From assembly GCF_025526975.1 (NCBI RefSeq), contig NW_026515688.1, positions 62,001 through 126,000 of the forward strand: a stretch of 64,000 nt of DNA, written 5' to 3'. This stretch comes from Fimicolochytrium jonesii. Lineage: Eukaryota. Position 1 is the stretch's first letter; each line of letters opens with the position of its first letter. The position numbers were made by a program, and so were the translations under genes. The notes under the pieces are model-generated. The model worked only from the letters and a program-made list of their open reading frames with translations. It was not told the DNA's origin and did no database searches. Shown here piece after piece: positions 12,702 to 24,724 of the stretch.

Positions 12702-13094
12702 TGCTTTGCAGTATAATGACAACAAAGAGTTATGAACGTAATCCATAGGGCGGGAATGGTGTTTGGTAAGACCGGGGGTGTTTGTGTTGTCTGCTGACTT
12801 TAGCCTCTACATCAGTAGGGTTACCCGCTATGAACTTACACCGGGAGGATCGGTTCCAATCGTTGGATATCAGCGCAGAACGCATGGCTACTGATCCCAA
12901 CAGAAAGCGCCATTGCACGCACCTCAACATACTCGTAAACCGCAGTTATGAAGTGCTTCAAGAACCCCGGAATCAAACTTCCCCGCCGATTTACAAACGC
13001 CTCGCCCGTTCTCCCCAATGCGACTGCACCAGCTGACAAGTCGACATCAGAGTCCCTCCATTTTATGTTTCTCCCTTTATTTGTGGTGCTCAAG

Positions 13095-13285
13095 GAGCTT
13101 CGGCGTCACCCAGAAGTAGTGCAATACTGGGGACACCAGTGTCAGGGCCATGAGCAAGCCCATGGTGGGCCCAACGAGTTTCAAAAATCTGATTGACAAA
13201 GATACTCGGCATGCGAGTAGGTTTAGTTGTCAAACTAAACAGAACAGATACTACACTTGATCTTAGCCAAAAGGCCAGAGAGGAT
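13095..13285 (-). ncRNA. U2: U2 spliceosomal snRNA
   Basis: Minus strand reads ATCCTCTCTGGCCTTTTGGCTAAGATCAAGTGTAGTATCTGTTCT (stem I and the GUAGUA branch-point recognition sequence), Sm site ATTTTTG (13182-13188) and stem-loop IV with loop TATTGCACTA. Length ~190 nt; 3' end approximate. Confidence 0.97.
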
Positions 13286-13325
13286 TGGAGAGAAAGGAGA
13301 TGGGGGATGCGGGGACGGGGGCTCC

Positions 13326-13332
13326 TTTTATA
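13326..13332 (-). promoter_or_regulatory. TATA box of the U2 gene
   Basis: TATAAAA on the minus strand about 47 nt upstream of the U2 5' end, followed by a pyrimidine-rich spacer ending in CTCCA. Confidence 0.7.
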
Positions 13333-13495
13333 GACGGCGGCCGGGATGGTGGAGATGTCGGGGAAGTCGGTGGAAGAAGCTCGCAGCGTGGCACAGCCAT
13401 GCTAAACACCCGCAATCCGTGTCACATTCGACGTGCTGCGCAGCTTCCGAGTCAGAGTCGGTTGAGTCAAATTTCCACGTTTTGTTTGCAGTGGA

Positions 13496-13532
13496 GGTTA
13501 GGGTTGAAGCAAAGCAATCGCATGGGGTTAGG
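13496..13532. promoter_or_regulatory. Two telo-box (TTAGGG) motifs in the U2 upstream/bidirectional region
   Basis: GGTTAGGGTT and GGGGTTAGGG. Telobox-binding Tbf1-type factors are known at yeast snoRNA promoters; function here is inferred. Confidence 0.4.
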
Positions 13533-13724
13533 GATATGGGCAAAAAAATTGCGCGCCGAAGGAAATGTTACAGGCACACTGTCCCGAACCCCGACTCAGC
13601 GAGCCTTCTCTGCTTGAGGTCCACATCAGAAAGAATAGCGGTTCCAAGAGGTCCGGTTTCAAAGCGACAACGAGATCCCAAGACCTTCCCGTTCGTCAAA
13701 TCTTCACAAAACGTCTACATTTTG

Positions 13725-13758
13725 AACCTACCGCTTACCTAAACCTACCGCTTACCTA
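13725..13758 (+). repeat. 17-bp tandem duplication AACCTACCGCTTACCTA x2
   Basis: Exact direct repeat at 13725-13741 and 13742-13758. Confidence 0.85.
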
Positions 13759-13858
13759 ACGCGCGTTTCGACAGGTGGCGCACGTGTGGCTTCAAAACAC
13801 CTTTCTCTTCTTCCGCCCAAGCCACTCGAGCCACCCCTGCGCCACTCACTCTCATCGG

Positions 13859-13866
13859 TATATAAG
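13859..13866 (+). promoter_or_regulatory. TATA box of the putative ncRNA divergent from U2
   Basis: TATATAAG followed by a pyrimidine-rich spacer ending TTTCTCCA at 13902, paralleling the U2 promoter. Confidence 0.55.
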
Positions 13867-13901
13867 CCCGCACGTCCATCCCCTCTTCCCACTTTTTCTC
13901 C

Positions 13902-14370
13902 ACCGGCCGTCGGGGTAAAACCCACGGCCACGCAATACAAATAATACACATATCACCCGATGAAGAAACCCGGCGTCTTGTCAAGGGGATCTCTTTGAGG
14001 CTGCGCGACAGATAGCGGAGGGTGGCAAAACCATTCGTGTGTTATTTGGCGTATTGCGTTCGTGGAGGCCTGAGAAAAAGCGGAGTCTCGGAATCGATAC
14101 GGGCAGTGTCGCTGCGATTGTTCCCACACTCCTTTTCCAGGCCTCGCGAGGACGGACAGTGGTACGGATATTAGAGACCCGCCCCTTCTGCGGTCCACGC
14201 CCAAGACATTACACGGTTGGCGTGCTTGACCTTCTGAGAGGCGGAAGAGGAGGAAACCAGGGCCCGGTGTCGGTGGTGTCGGAGCCAACGCCCGGGCTTG
14301 TGGCTTGTAAAGCAGTTCCCTGTGTTTATGAAGTACGTTGGGGACTCTAGAGAGTTGCAGACATTTTTGT
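13902..14370 (+). ncRNA. Putative unidentified structured ncRNA (snRNA-type unit with 3' Sm-like site)
   Basis: Successive stems at 13905-13929, 13930-13949/14037-14059, 14065-14072/14138-14145 and 14262-14267/14292-14297. ATTTTTG at 14363-14369. Downstream AAGGGAGAAA (14382-14391) is identical to the box downstream of U2 (13068-13077, minus). No convincing ORF. Confidence 0.55.
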
Positions 14371-14763
14371 TTTATGAATTGAAGGGAGAAAATTGGATGC
14401 GATGTGTGTTTCGCCTGATGTGGGAGTGGATCCGTGCTTGGTGTGCCTGGCATCCTCGGGCACGGCCGTTGGCTGTAAGCATCTTGGCCCGCTTCCCAGG
14501 TTTCCCTGTTTGGCATAGACAGATGTTTTCCAATGCGAAATGTGTTCCTGCAGGTCTTTTCGCTGGTATCTTTTCCACTTGGTCCCTATCGTAGCCAAAG
14601 GGCCTAATTGAGAAGCCCGCACAGAACGCACCGCATTTAATGACATAAAAGAAGTCTATTCGAAAGTATTCTAACGTTTATGTGTATGCGGGATCCAAAA
14701 CTATGAAGACCCAGTAACAGAAATGATATTCTACAGGCGGAAGCTATAAAGTTACATGGCCCA

Positions 14764-17700
14764 TCACTTCCTCCTCCCACCCTTCCCCTTCCCACCCTTC
14801 CCACCTCCGGCAGCTCCACCAGCAGCAGCCGCATCCGCCTGCGTAAGCACAACCTTCACCTTGCCCAGCAGCGCATTCATCATCTCCATCTCCGGAATCG
14901 CTCTGATCAGCTCCTTTTGTCGTTTCGCACTGTCGATTTCCTCGTTCGTTGTTTCTTCGGCTGCGGCGGTGGTGGGTAGCGTGGCCGGGGACGGATTTTC
15001 ATCCCCGTTCGTTCCGTTCACAGGCGGTACAGCCACCGGAGGTATCTTCCTCCCCGCGATTTTCCCTTCCGCAACCCTCCCCCTCCCCTCCGCAACACCC
15101 ACAAACGCACTAACAAGGCTCTTGACCGCCTTCCCCTTCTTCAAACCCCCAGGCATCAATTTCGCCTTATACGCGTATTTCTGCAATGCACTCCAAGGCG
15201 CACAGACGGGGATGGCGTGGAGGAGAATGTCGGAGGGGTGGGGTTGGCCGGTGAGGGTGTCGAGGAAGGTGGCGGTTTCGGAGATGTAGGAGATGTTTTC
15301 TTCGGCTAGGAGACGGGTAATTTCGAGAGAGTCGGCGGCGGTGCTTGTTGAGTTGCGGCGGGTAAGATCTGCGTGTGCTGCTGCGGTTTGTTGTTCCGTG
15401 GGTGTGGTGGACTCGGGTGTGGCGATGCCGTTTCTGGTTTGCGTGACGGTCCCGGACTGCTGCTTTTCCGTTACTGCAACCTGCTGTGGTTGCTGCGGCT
15501 GCTTCCCGCCCTTCACCTTCACAGCCTCCTGCTGTCGTCCACCCTTTCCCTTCTTCCCTTCCCCAACCGCCGCCGAAGTCGGCCGACCCTCTTCCGCAGC
15601 TTTAGTCCCCGCGGGCCCACGACTCCCCAACAACTCCAACATCATCTCGCGATCCTCCTCGTCCTGATCCGCGTATTTCGATTTCAGTTTCTTTATCTTG
15701 CCGCGTTTTCCGCGGACTTGTTGCTGTTGTGGCTGCTGTTGTTGTGCGGGTTGATCCGCTCCCTTGTTCCTGTTCTTGCCCTTGCCTTTAGCCAGTGCAT
15801 CGGCATCTTTCCCATTTGATCGCTGAGGAGCAGGTGTGACCTTATCGTCCCGCGAGTCAACAGACCCGTCATCCACACCACCACCAGCCTTCTGTTTCTT
15901 CAAATCACGCCGCTCTTTCGCCGTCAGCCGCTTCTTCGTCACGACAGGGCCGGCCGGGTTGGGACGGAGAATGTCAGCGATCCCGCCTTGTAAATCGTCG
16001 TCGTCGGAGTTGTCTTGGTTGAGCTCTGCGAGCCCGTATTTGTCGTCGGTTGAGACAATAACGGGAGTGTTGATGCTCGTGTCGGTGGGAAGGGGAGGTG
16101 TGCTGACGGATGGATCGGCAGCAATGTCGTCTGCATCTTCGTTGTCACTGGATTCGGAGCCGGACCCAGAGGCGCCCCCATTTGCCTCATCATCGCCGGC
16201 TTGATCCTCTCGGGCGGTAGCGGGCTCCGCCTCGGCATCGTCCTCGCCATCAGCCCCTTCGTTGTCTTGAGCTGCTGCGTCATCGTTGCCCTCAGCATCG
16301 TCGAGCTCAACGTCCTCCACGAGACTTTCATTAGACTCCATCTCCTTCTCCCCCCCAGCCTCAACGACACCCCCACCCGCCGCATCCCCTCTCCACGGCC
16401 TCCTTTCCCAATAATGCCGTCCCGCCGAACTGTCATCCACCCTAAACAGCAGCCCAAACCCATACACCAGCTGCACCGGCGGCAACCAATTCTTCTTGCC
16501 TCTAATCATAAAACTGCCCGTGGTCAGGTACTCCCCCGTCGGCGCCGTCTTGCTGACCTGGCCCGCCTCGACCCACCACGCGGACGTGACGATCTTCGTG
16601 TCCCATGCGCGCGACTGGCAGACGGACATTGTTCCTGCTTGGTGGAGGGTGGTGGGCGGGATCATGGCGGGCGCGTCCGGGTCCGTGACGTTTTTGACGA
16701 TGACGCTGGCGGCGCCGTGGAGGTCGGCGTGGACGTAGATGTCGCCTTTGCCGAGGTATCGTCTAACCAGCAGTTCGTTCTGGCCGGCGTCGCGGCCACC
16801 GACGACCAGGTAGTTCTCGGAGGAGATGAACCAGAGGAATTTTTCGAACCAGAAGGGTTTGCGCATCTTGGTGATAGCGGCCGGCGCGGCTTTCTGCGTG
16901 GTTTTGAGCTCCGTTTCGATCTTGCGTTCGGCGGATTTGAGAGCTTTGGAGGCGGCTTGCAGGGTCTTGTCCTGTTTAACGGCTGCGACTTTTTTGGTGT
17001 CGTAGTAGCGGCGAGCATTGGCATAGGCGGAGGCGTAGATGTCAATGTCAATGGAGAGGAAAGTTGGTTGGGGTTTCTTTTGCTTTGGCTGGTCGCGCTT
17101 CTTGCGATGAGATGAATTCATGTTCTCATCATCTTCACTACCGCTCTCGTCCTCTGACTCTGTCTCCGTCGCGTCATCCTCGTCGTCATCGCTATCTTCC
17201 TCCGTAGCGTCCCTCAGGCGTATATTCACCATCCCCACATCCAACTTCAACTTCGAAATGACGCTCGCTACTGGGTTCCCATTCTTCTTCTCCTCCTTGA
17301 CAAGTTCCTCCAAATCGCCCCAATCCATACCCGACGCAATGAAACTTCGGACAGTATTGATCAAACTCTCGATCAGCGCCAGATTGGCCTCAATCGTCTG
17401 AGCAACTTTTGCGCTCTGCTCCTGCATGGTCACCAACCCGCGGACCTGGTTCATGTGTCCGGCTTTGACGCTGTCGAGCTTCTTGATGGCGTTCAGTTCT
17501 GCTTGGCGAGCCCGCATTTCGAGTTTCTGGGCTTCGAGCTTGGAGAAGAACTCGTCGACGCATTTGTCGAAGCTGGGGTATTCAATCGCCGGTGGGTCTG
17601 CGTGTGGATCGGTTTCGGAACTGGTGGCGAATTGTTGGAAGAGGAAGGGGTGGAATTCGTTGTATGCCACGAATGAGGATTGTGTATTTTCGGCGGTCTC

Positions 17701-18865
17701 CGCGGCGCCGGCGGAGGGTTTGGCGGCAGTTTGCATCTGTTTCACTGTGATCCACCCCTTTTGTGGGGAATCCATGCAAGATTTTACGATTGCGTCGCCT
17801 TCTCGGAACGCTCTCAACAGTGCCTGAACTACGTGTGATGTTGAGGACAAGTCGAGTTCGGCCGTTACTTTCATAGATGCGTCCAATTCGGAGCGCAAGA
17901 TGCAATGCTCCACCAACGCCGGTCCATAATCGTGCCCCAGCTTGTCGCGAATGACTCTCCTCAGCGTCAGATCATTCGCCTTCTTGTCTTTCGCGCTCTT
18001 GAACCCTCCGCCGCCACCTCCGCCGGCAGTTTTCCCTTTTCCTCCCGCTTTTCCACCTTTCCCTCCTTTCCGTTTCTGTGCGTCTTCCGCTGACGCGCTG
18101 TTCGAATCTTCGGCTGTCTGCTTTTGCGAAGCACCAGCAGCTGCTTCCGTGACGGCGCTCTCCAGCACAGCTCTGATCTTTTCCTCCGTAATTACCTCAA
18201 ATTCTCTGATGCGGGTCGTATCGTAAATTTCTCCAACCGCAAACTTCGTATCGCCTTCCGTCTTTTCACCCGTAGCCGCATCCGCCGGACCACTAGCAGT
18301 CGCCGCTGCAGCCGTAATCGCAGCCGCAGCCCCATCGGCACCTCCCGCCGCCGCACCCTCAATCTCCACCACCCTCAACAGCGCCAAAATCCGATACTCC
18401 CAATCCGTCAAGATCACATTCCCCGACGCATAAAATTCGAGCAACAAATGGTACGCATGCTCGCCCTCGCCAAATCGCAGATCCATCACCCGGTCCGCAC
18501 CCAACTGGTCCAGACCCGTCAACCGCCGGGTGCGCAGGTGTTTGCGCAACTTCATGCAGAAATGCGAGGGGGTGGAGTTCTTGTCCCGTGCGAATTCGGT
18601 GGAATGCACCCGGATGCCCGATTCGACGAGCAGCATCTCTTTGTTGTCGGGGCGGGAGAACTTGAGGAGGTAGACCTTGTTGGTGACATCGTAGACTAGA
18701 AGACGAGGAGAGAGGTGATCTTGCTGTGTGAGTACGGGGACGACGGAACTCGGTCAGAGGGGTGGGTCAATGCAACGCACCGTTTTGCAGCCGTAAGCCG
18801 ACCAGCCTCGGCCGCAGTTCTGCGACCTGCGCCGAGACGTCGAGCGTTGAGAAGCGTTGTTTCAT
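14764..18865 (-). CDS. RQC2: Ribosome quality control subunit Rqc2/Tae2/NEMF
   Basis: MKQRFSTLDV...LVGLRLQN|VYDV..., KLRKHLRTRRL, LEFYASGNVILTD, WFEKFLWFISSENYLVVGGRDAGQNE, QVSKTAPTGEYLTTGSFMIRGKKN and AIPVCAPWSAL..Y.YKAKL.PG..KKGKA. One intron near the 5' end. Confidence 0.97.
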
Positions 18866-19483
18866 TGCCTTCTATGTGTGTGTAGTGCTGGTGTGTGTAT
18901 GATGCTTGTGATTGCAGCCAGCGTGGGAAAATGAGGGAATAGGTAGTCGTCGGGCAGGTCGTTGGTGGAGTTTTGAAGTCGAAGTGGAGTTGGAACTTGC
19001 CCACGGGTCCGCGGCGGAGAATGACGTCCACTTGAAGGGAGAAACTGCAAAAACTGTCTGGATCGTCCGGGAATCGAACCTGAGCCTCCCGGGCCTCCAT
19101 GCGCCGTCATTTTTGCCAGCTTGGTGCTGTCATCTTGGGTGCGCCTGTTTCTTCGGATGTTGATATATAGATGGGTAGGTTTGCGTCTCTTACACCTGCA
19201 TAGTAGGAGAAGCAAGGATGTTTGACGGGCATGGGGACGCGGAACGAGTCGCAAGAACCTTTCTTTCTTCATACTGTATGTTTCCCATGAACTTTCCGAA
19301 AATCTGCGAGGTTTCCACCAGATCTTTTGAAATAGCGGACGGTTAAATACAAGACGGGGGGAGGCTCCAGATGAAGCGCCGTCTTCGAAGAAAATCGGGA
19401 ACAGATACATAAACACAAGAATTCCCCCATCACATAGAAAGCAAAAGAAAGCCCCTTCCCAACCAAACCAAACCAACGTTCTC

Positions 19484-22400
19484 CTACGCATGCTGCAAAT
19501 CCCAACTTTTCATCCACTTCCTCCTCCTCAACTGCACCAAATCCGGGAACCCCGTCCCATACGTCAGGGGCGAAAAGTACGCGAACCCCCACGCCGCGAC
19601 GGCAACGAGGACGGCGAGGCCTGCGTAATATGTGAGGCCGCCTTGTGGTGTTGCGCGGCGGCGGCGCAGAGGAGCGGGGAGGGTGTGGGCGAGGTGACCG
19701 CGGGAGGGTTTGCGTTGTTGGAGGTGTGTGGAGGTGTCGGTGGCGATCGCGGCCGTGGCGGTGTTTGGCACGGGAACGGGTGGGCCCAAAGGCGCCGGCG
19801 ATTCCGCGACCCTCAAAAACACAAACTCGATGATACACGCAAAGACCATCGCCGAGAAGATGAAACTCGGCAGATAATGGTGCAAGAACAGCATTCGGCC
19901 CTGCAGGAAGAACGGGATCCAGTGCATTGCCCAGCACACGAAGAGGAACCCGGGAGCTTTATCCCACCAGTTCCTGATCCTCGGTCCGAAATCGTCGATC
20001 CCGCGGCGGAGAAGCAATCGGTCGATGAGCCACATGGCGGCGTACATGACCGTTCCCGTGATAGCGGGCCACCACACAAGCGGGTTGCCGAGGAGGTAGA
20101 TCTGCTTGAGACCTTCTTTGCGTTCCCAGAAGGAGATGCCGCGGAGTACAAAGGGCCATGTGATGGGCGTGGACGAGTACGGGTGCGGTTTAGTAAGGCC
20201 AGAGTTGTGCGCGATCATGAGACCTTGGAGCTCGAGGAATTTTTGGAGGAAGCTGAGCTTCTTCTTGGATTTGCTGGCTTTCGCGGCGGCTTCTTCTTTT
20301 TCTCTGGCGGCTTCAGCATCGTCTTCGCCCTTTTCGACGCCGTCGACGATGCGCTCGTGGTGCACCTCGTCAATCCACCATATATTGAACTTTTCCGCCT
20401 GGTTTTTGTTTCCATTCACCTCCTGTTGTCCGAAACCCCATTCGGGAAGGATCCCTTTATGGCAGTGCACGGCCACGTTGTGGTGGGCATTGATGAGCTT
20501 CAGATGGCTCCTTTTGCTGCGAACCTTGTCGCCCACCTCGCCATCCACAACATCCACGCGCCACAGCGTCTCGTTGTAGCGGCTTTCGGCGACATCGCCA
20601 ATCAGCGTGGTCATCTCCATATGCGTGGGTGTCAACGGCGATGCGACGTCGTGTGTGACGAGGAAGCTTCCCGTGCGTGCGTGTTGGAGGCGCAGAAAAT
20701 CGTTGTGGCGGACATAGCGAACGTTACGTGAGATCTCCTCTTCGGTAGGCTCGTACTTGGGTGCGGCGGGGTACTTTTCCACGTCGACGGGGACAAAGAT
20801 CCAGTGGTTGTTGGCGTCCCGGTGCGGGTACCCGGTCACCTGCTGTCCTTGCGTACTGACACGGTTGTCTTTGTAGCGCAGTGGGTATTTGTCGACGTGG
20901 GAGTGTAAGAATGCTTTTGTGTCGCGGTGTTTCAATGTGACGTTGGCAAAGTATGGAATAGCTATAATGCGAATAAGCCGAGTCAGCATCTTCGGCGCAC
21001 GAACATAGAACGAAATCCTGCTGTTTAAAACCCACCACTCGAGTTGACGCTCATCTCACTCCCAATAAGGCCATCCTGGAATCCAGGGCTCATGAAAGCA
21101 TCTCCAGGTCCGCTCTTGATGAGCAGCGCAAAATGGATGTAGAAGAATGACAGGTAGATTGCCAACGGGAAGAAAATCAAGCACAGCGCTCGGGCCGCGA
21201 AATGGCGGGAAAATTGGCGCTAAAAATCATATGATACCATCTATCAGGATTTGCCATTCTTTCCTGTGCGGGGAAGTCTCCGCAAATATATAGATATACT
21301 CACCATTGACAGACCCCGACGATAGTCGAGCAACTCCCAGAGATCAAACAGAACAGCGACTCCGACGGCAGCGATGGTCAACATTCCCACCATCTTCACT
21401 CTATTCAATAAGAGGTGCAACTTTGTCAGAACCATCTTCGGCAGGAAGGATACGAATCCCAATGGGACCCTCACCCTGTGGTGAACGCAAGTCCCGCTCC
21501 GGTCATGAGAAGCCATCCGTACCAGCGTAGACTGAAAGGCCTGCGTCGGAAAAGAAATATGAGCATCGAGTGCCAATTCTCAACTCTGCCACATATGTGA
21601 TCCGTACTCATGCTTGTGTTGTTGGAACTTGACCCAGGCGTAGATGGAGCACACGCAGAAGAGCGTCAGCATACTATCCAGTAGAATCAGCCGTGACTGC
21701 GTGATCAGGGAGTTGTCTGCGCGTATATCGATGTTAGCATTCACAACAACCAAGTAAATCTTCCCAACTCAGTAAAGCTCACCAAGAACAAGCAACAAAG
21801 CGCCAAAAGTAGCTCCCGCAACGCTCAATCCCAGCTCCTTCAGCGTCAAAAACACCACAGGCACAATCAAAGCCCCGCACGTGGCCGGGAGCAGCCTCAA
21901 CCCGACGTACGGCACATTATTGGCCACATAGTCATCGCCGATATTGTCAAACAAAAAGTGCCCGTCGTAGCCAAGGAACCAACCCGCGCCCGCGAGCAAC
22001 AGCTTCCCGAGCGGCGGATGCACGTCGAAGTAGTACTCCCGACGGAGGTAGTACGAGGCGAATTTGCCGAAATGGACTTCGTCAAAGCTATGAGAAGAGC
22101 GGGAATGAAAATCAGCCCTCGACGTTCCTATATCCCTTGGAAGAAGGAACTCCGCTTCACATCCCTCTAAGGAAGGTAACTTACACCACTTGCCCAGGAT
22201 ACCCAATCCCCCAACACCTCGTCACAAACGACAACAGCGTCACAACCACCAACGCCGCTTGGTACCACCCCTCGCTGTCCCTCCCGTTCCCTCTCGCCAC
22301 ACCCACGCCCACATTCCCTTTATGCGAAAGCGCATGCTGGATCGCTGCGGCGCGCGTAGGGGAATGCTCAGCGGACTTTGCTTTCGGTGGCGATGACGAG

Positions 22401-22552
22401 GCAGTGGTGGTAGTTGAGGAGTCGTCGACAGGATTGTTGTTTTCTTTGTTGGAGTTGGAGGCGTCTTTATCTTTCTTGCCTTTCCCTTTGCGTTGATGCA
22501 CGCCGGTGAGTGCGTCCACGGCGTGATCGGATGGGGATGGGTCGTTCGGCAT
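19484..22552 (-). CDS. PMT4: Dolichyl-phosphate-mannose:protein O-mannosyltransferase, PMT4 subfamily
   Basis: QVV|FDEVHFGKFASYYLRREYYFDVHPPLGKLL (GKFASYYL is PMT4-type), MIR domains (LHSH..YP, GQQVTGY, GQQEV), HPYSS.P..WP, QIYLLGNP and LFLHHYLPS. Several introns. Confidence 0.93.
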
Positions 22553-23076
22553 TATGTGATCTGCGCTCCGAGGCAATAAGACAGCTATTGGGAGAGGACT
22601 CCCACCTAACACTGAAACTCCGTGAGGTCCCAGCGGGAGGGATACTGCGATAAGAAGCTGCTAGGGACAAATCCCGAATCCTTCGGCGGCAGGCAGTTTA
22701 GCAGCCGGTGGGAAGCGAGGTCTTTGCTTGGAAGTTGGATCATGAAGGAGGCCGCAACGGTGCTGCGCAAACGAATACTGTCACTGCCTGTCAATAGCCC
22801 CCATCCCAGATGATCCCTCAATTTCAACCCAATCGACGGAGACACGACTCTCATTCACAAGGCTTTTCCCATCCGTGCCTAATATCATATCAGACACGAT
22901 ACTGTCTACATCATCTAAAGAGAACCGGAAGTATACTCGTAAAGAAGCAACGCTTGGTTATTTCCTCCGACTCCTTCTCAGACTAGATGCTGGCACCTCG
23001 GCTAGAATTCTCGTTCGCAGAGCCATTCTACTACATCTACATATATTATTGCCACACGGACCTGTGACGATCAAGA

Positions 23077-24346
23077 ATGCCATCTGGAAAGAGCCGCAAC
23101 TCAGAAGTATGGATATTGATCGCAACTCTCCGGTTCTCGCCCGCCCGCCCGCCCGCGACATCAATTCACGCCACCCATGTTCTCATCACCGAAGGGAATC
23201 TCCTCAAACCTTTGCATCGAGACTCCGCGCACCCCACCCATCCACGTCCTCCGAGCGACCGGCACTCCGAGGAGCGGCACTCCTTCGCCCACCAGACCCG
23301 AAAGCGCCGAAAGCCGACCGAATCGCCAGGATGGATCGCTTCTGGAGCGTATTGCTGAAGCGGGACGGCCCGACTTACGTGGATTATGCCAGCTTGGTCA
23401 AGGTGTTAGTTGCCTGGCCGGGCGCAACGCATATTCCTCCTCGAGTCACGGGCGTTGTGCTGGGCGAAAAGTTCACTTCCCTCCATACTCTGGACTTCCG
23501 AGGTCATGGGTATCGCGATATGAACGCCGAACTTGTGCAACTACGCCGATGTGCCTCCGGATTGGCGTTACCACGGGAATCCCCATAAGTGGTTTATCAC
23601 TGCGGAGGAGTTTGACGCTCTAAGCCCTCGCATCAATCATCTTATATTAGGTGTGCGCGTGGGATTCATCGTCTCCATCAACAAAGGGAATACTCATCAA
23701 ATAAATCGCTACAGGGGCATATGTGGACTCTCCATGGTTCAGATTCTTCGTTGCTAGGCTGAGGAACTTTGAAACGGTCGTGTTCGTTCACGCAGACTGG
23801 GACCGGGAACTGCTTGACCCCGACCCGGATGCAAGAAAGTTTTTGGACGATGACTGGGGTGAAGATATGCAGGACCACTGCACATATCCTTTTAGGCGCG
23901 CTGGTACGCTCACCCGCTTTGAAGGCATCGCTTTCAATGCGCCTTCGATGTGTCGTTCGGCCTACAAAAACATCGCCAACCACTCGAAAGATACTCTCCG
24001 CAACGTCTCGCTGGATCTACGACCATTTGGCTCCAACGTGAATACTCTTACTAGATTTCGAACGCGTATGGTGTCCACCGAAGTTCCTCAGGAGTATTTA
24101 ACAAACTTTCTCGAATCCATACGAAAGACCCTTCTGGGAATTTACTTCGTGCAGGCAGATAGATGGATAGAGTATCTGGACGGATCGCACATCCATCTTC
24201 GAAGTTTGGAGTTGGGACACGGTTTGTCGCGATTGAACGATGACGCAGTCTTCCGTCTCGCAAAGGCGAACCGCAGATTGACTTCACTCCGATTCACGGG
24301 GCCATTCTTTCTCTGGCAGGAATCTCAGCTGTCCTCACGGCATTAA
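23077..24346 (+). pseudogene. Frameshifted F-box/LRR-like gene
   Basis: Protein-like fragments in different frames (MPSGKSRNSEVWILIA; MDRFWSVLL...YVDYASLVKVL...FTSLHTLDF; FDALSPRINHLILG|AYVDSPWFRFF...HLRSLELG...RLTSLRF). Frame changes near 23150-23300 and 23530 are not explained by introns. Confidence 0.45.
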
Positions 24347-24724
24347 ATGCACGTAGCCGAGCGAGCTTGATAGTAGATACTGTATGTAGCTCTGGAATGT
24401 GACGCGCGAAACGTCATGGGTTAGTCGCCCCCAATAAACCCCCAATCCAATTATCCCACCCGCAGAACACGTACTGTACGCAGCACATATTACAGTACTG
24501 TACCCCACCACGCGTCACACGCACTCATACCGCACACACATGAGACGGGGCGTGAGGGCGTCCGTTGCGTGCGTTGCGTTATTCAAATCCAGATCCCACG
24601 TCCATATCTATACAGTATATATATATAGATGCTCCTTCTCCGCTTGGCTGGCTCTTGCCCGTAAGATCTGTCCCTTTCTCTCTCGCTGCTCGCTACGTAC
24701 ATACATACTGTATATCCACCAACA

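Noticed and set aside
12836..13212. Minus-strand ORFs overlapping or downstream of U2
   Set aside because: No recognisable protein features, and part of the region is explained by the U2 snRNA.
13902..14370. Assignment of the unknown RNA as SRP, RNase MRP/P, snR30/U17 or telomerase RNA
   Set aside because: CAGG and AGCAG are too far apart for SRP helix 8, there is no P4 5' strand for MRP/P, AAACCAT lacks its m1 partner and 3' ACA, and no TTAGGG template is visible. Left unassigned.
24465..24635. Palindromic TACAGTACTGTA and (TA)n tract upstream of the CoA-transferase
   Set aside because: Short low-complexity palindromes, with no element ends or TSD found.
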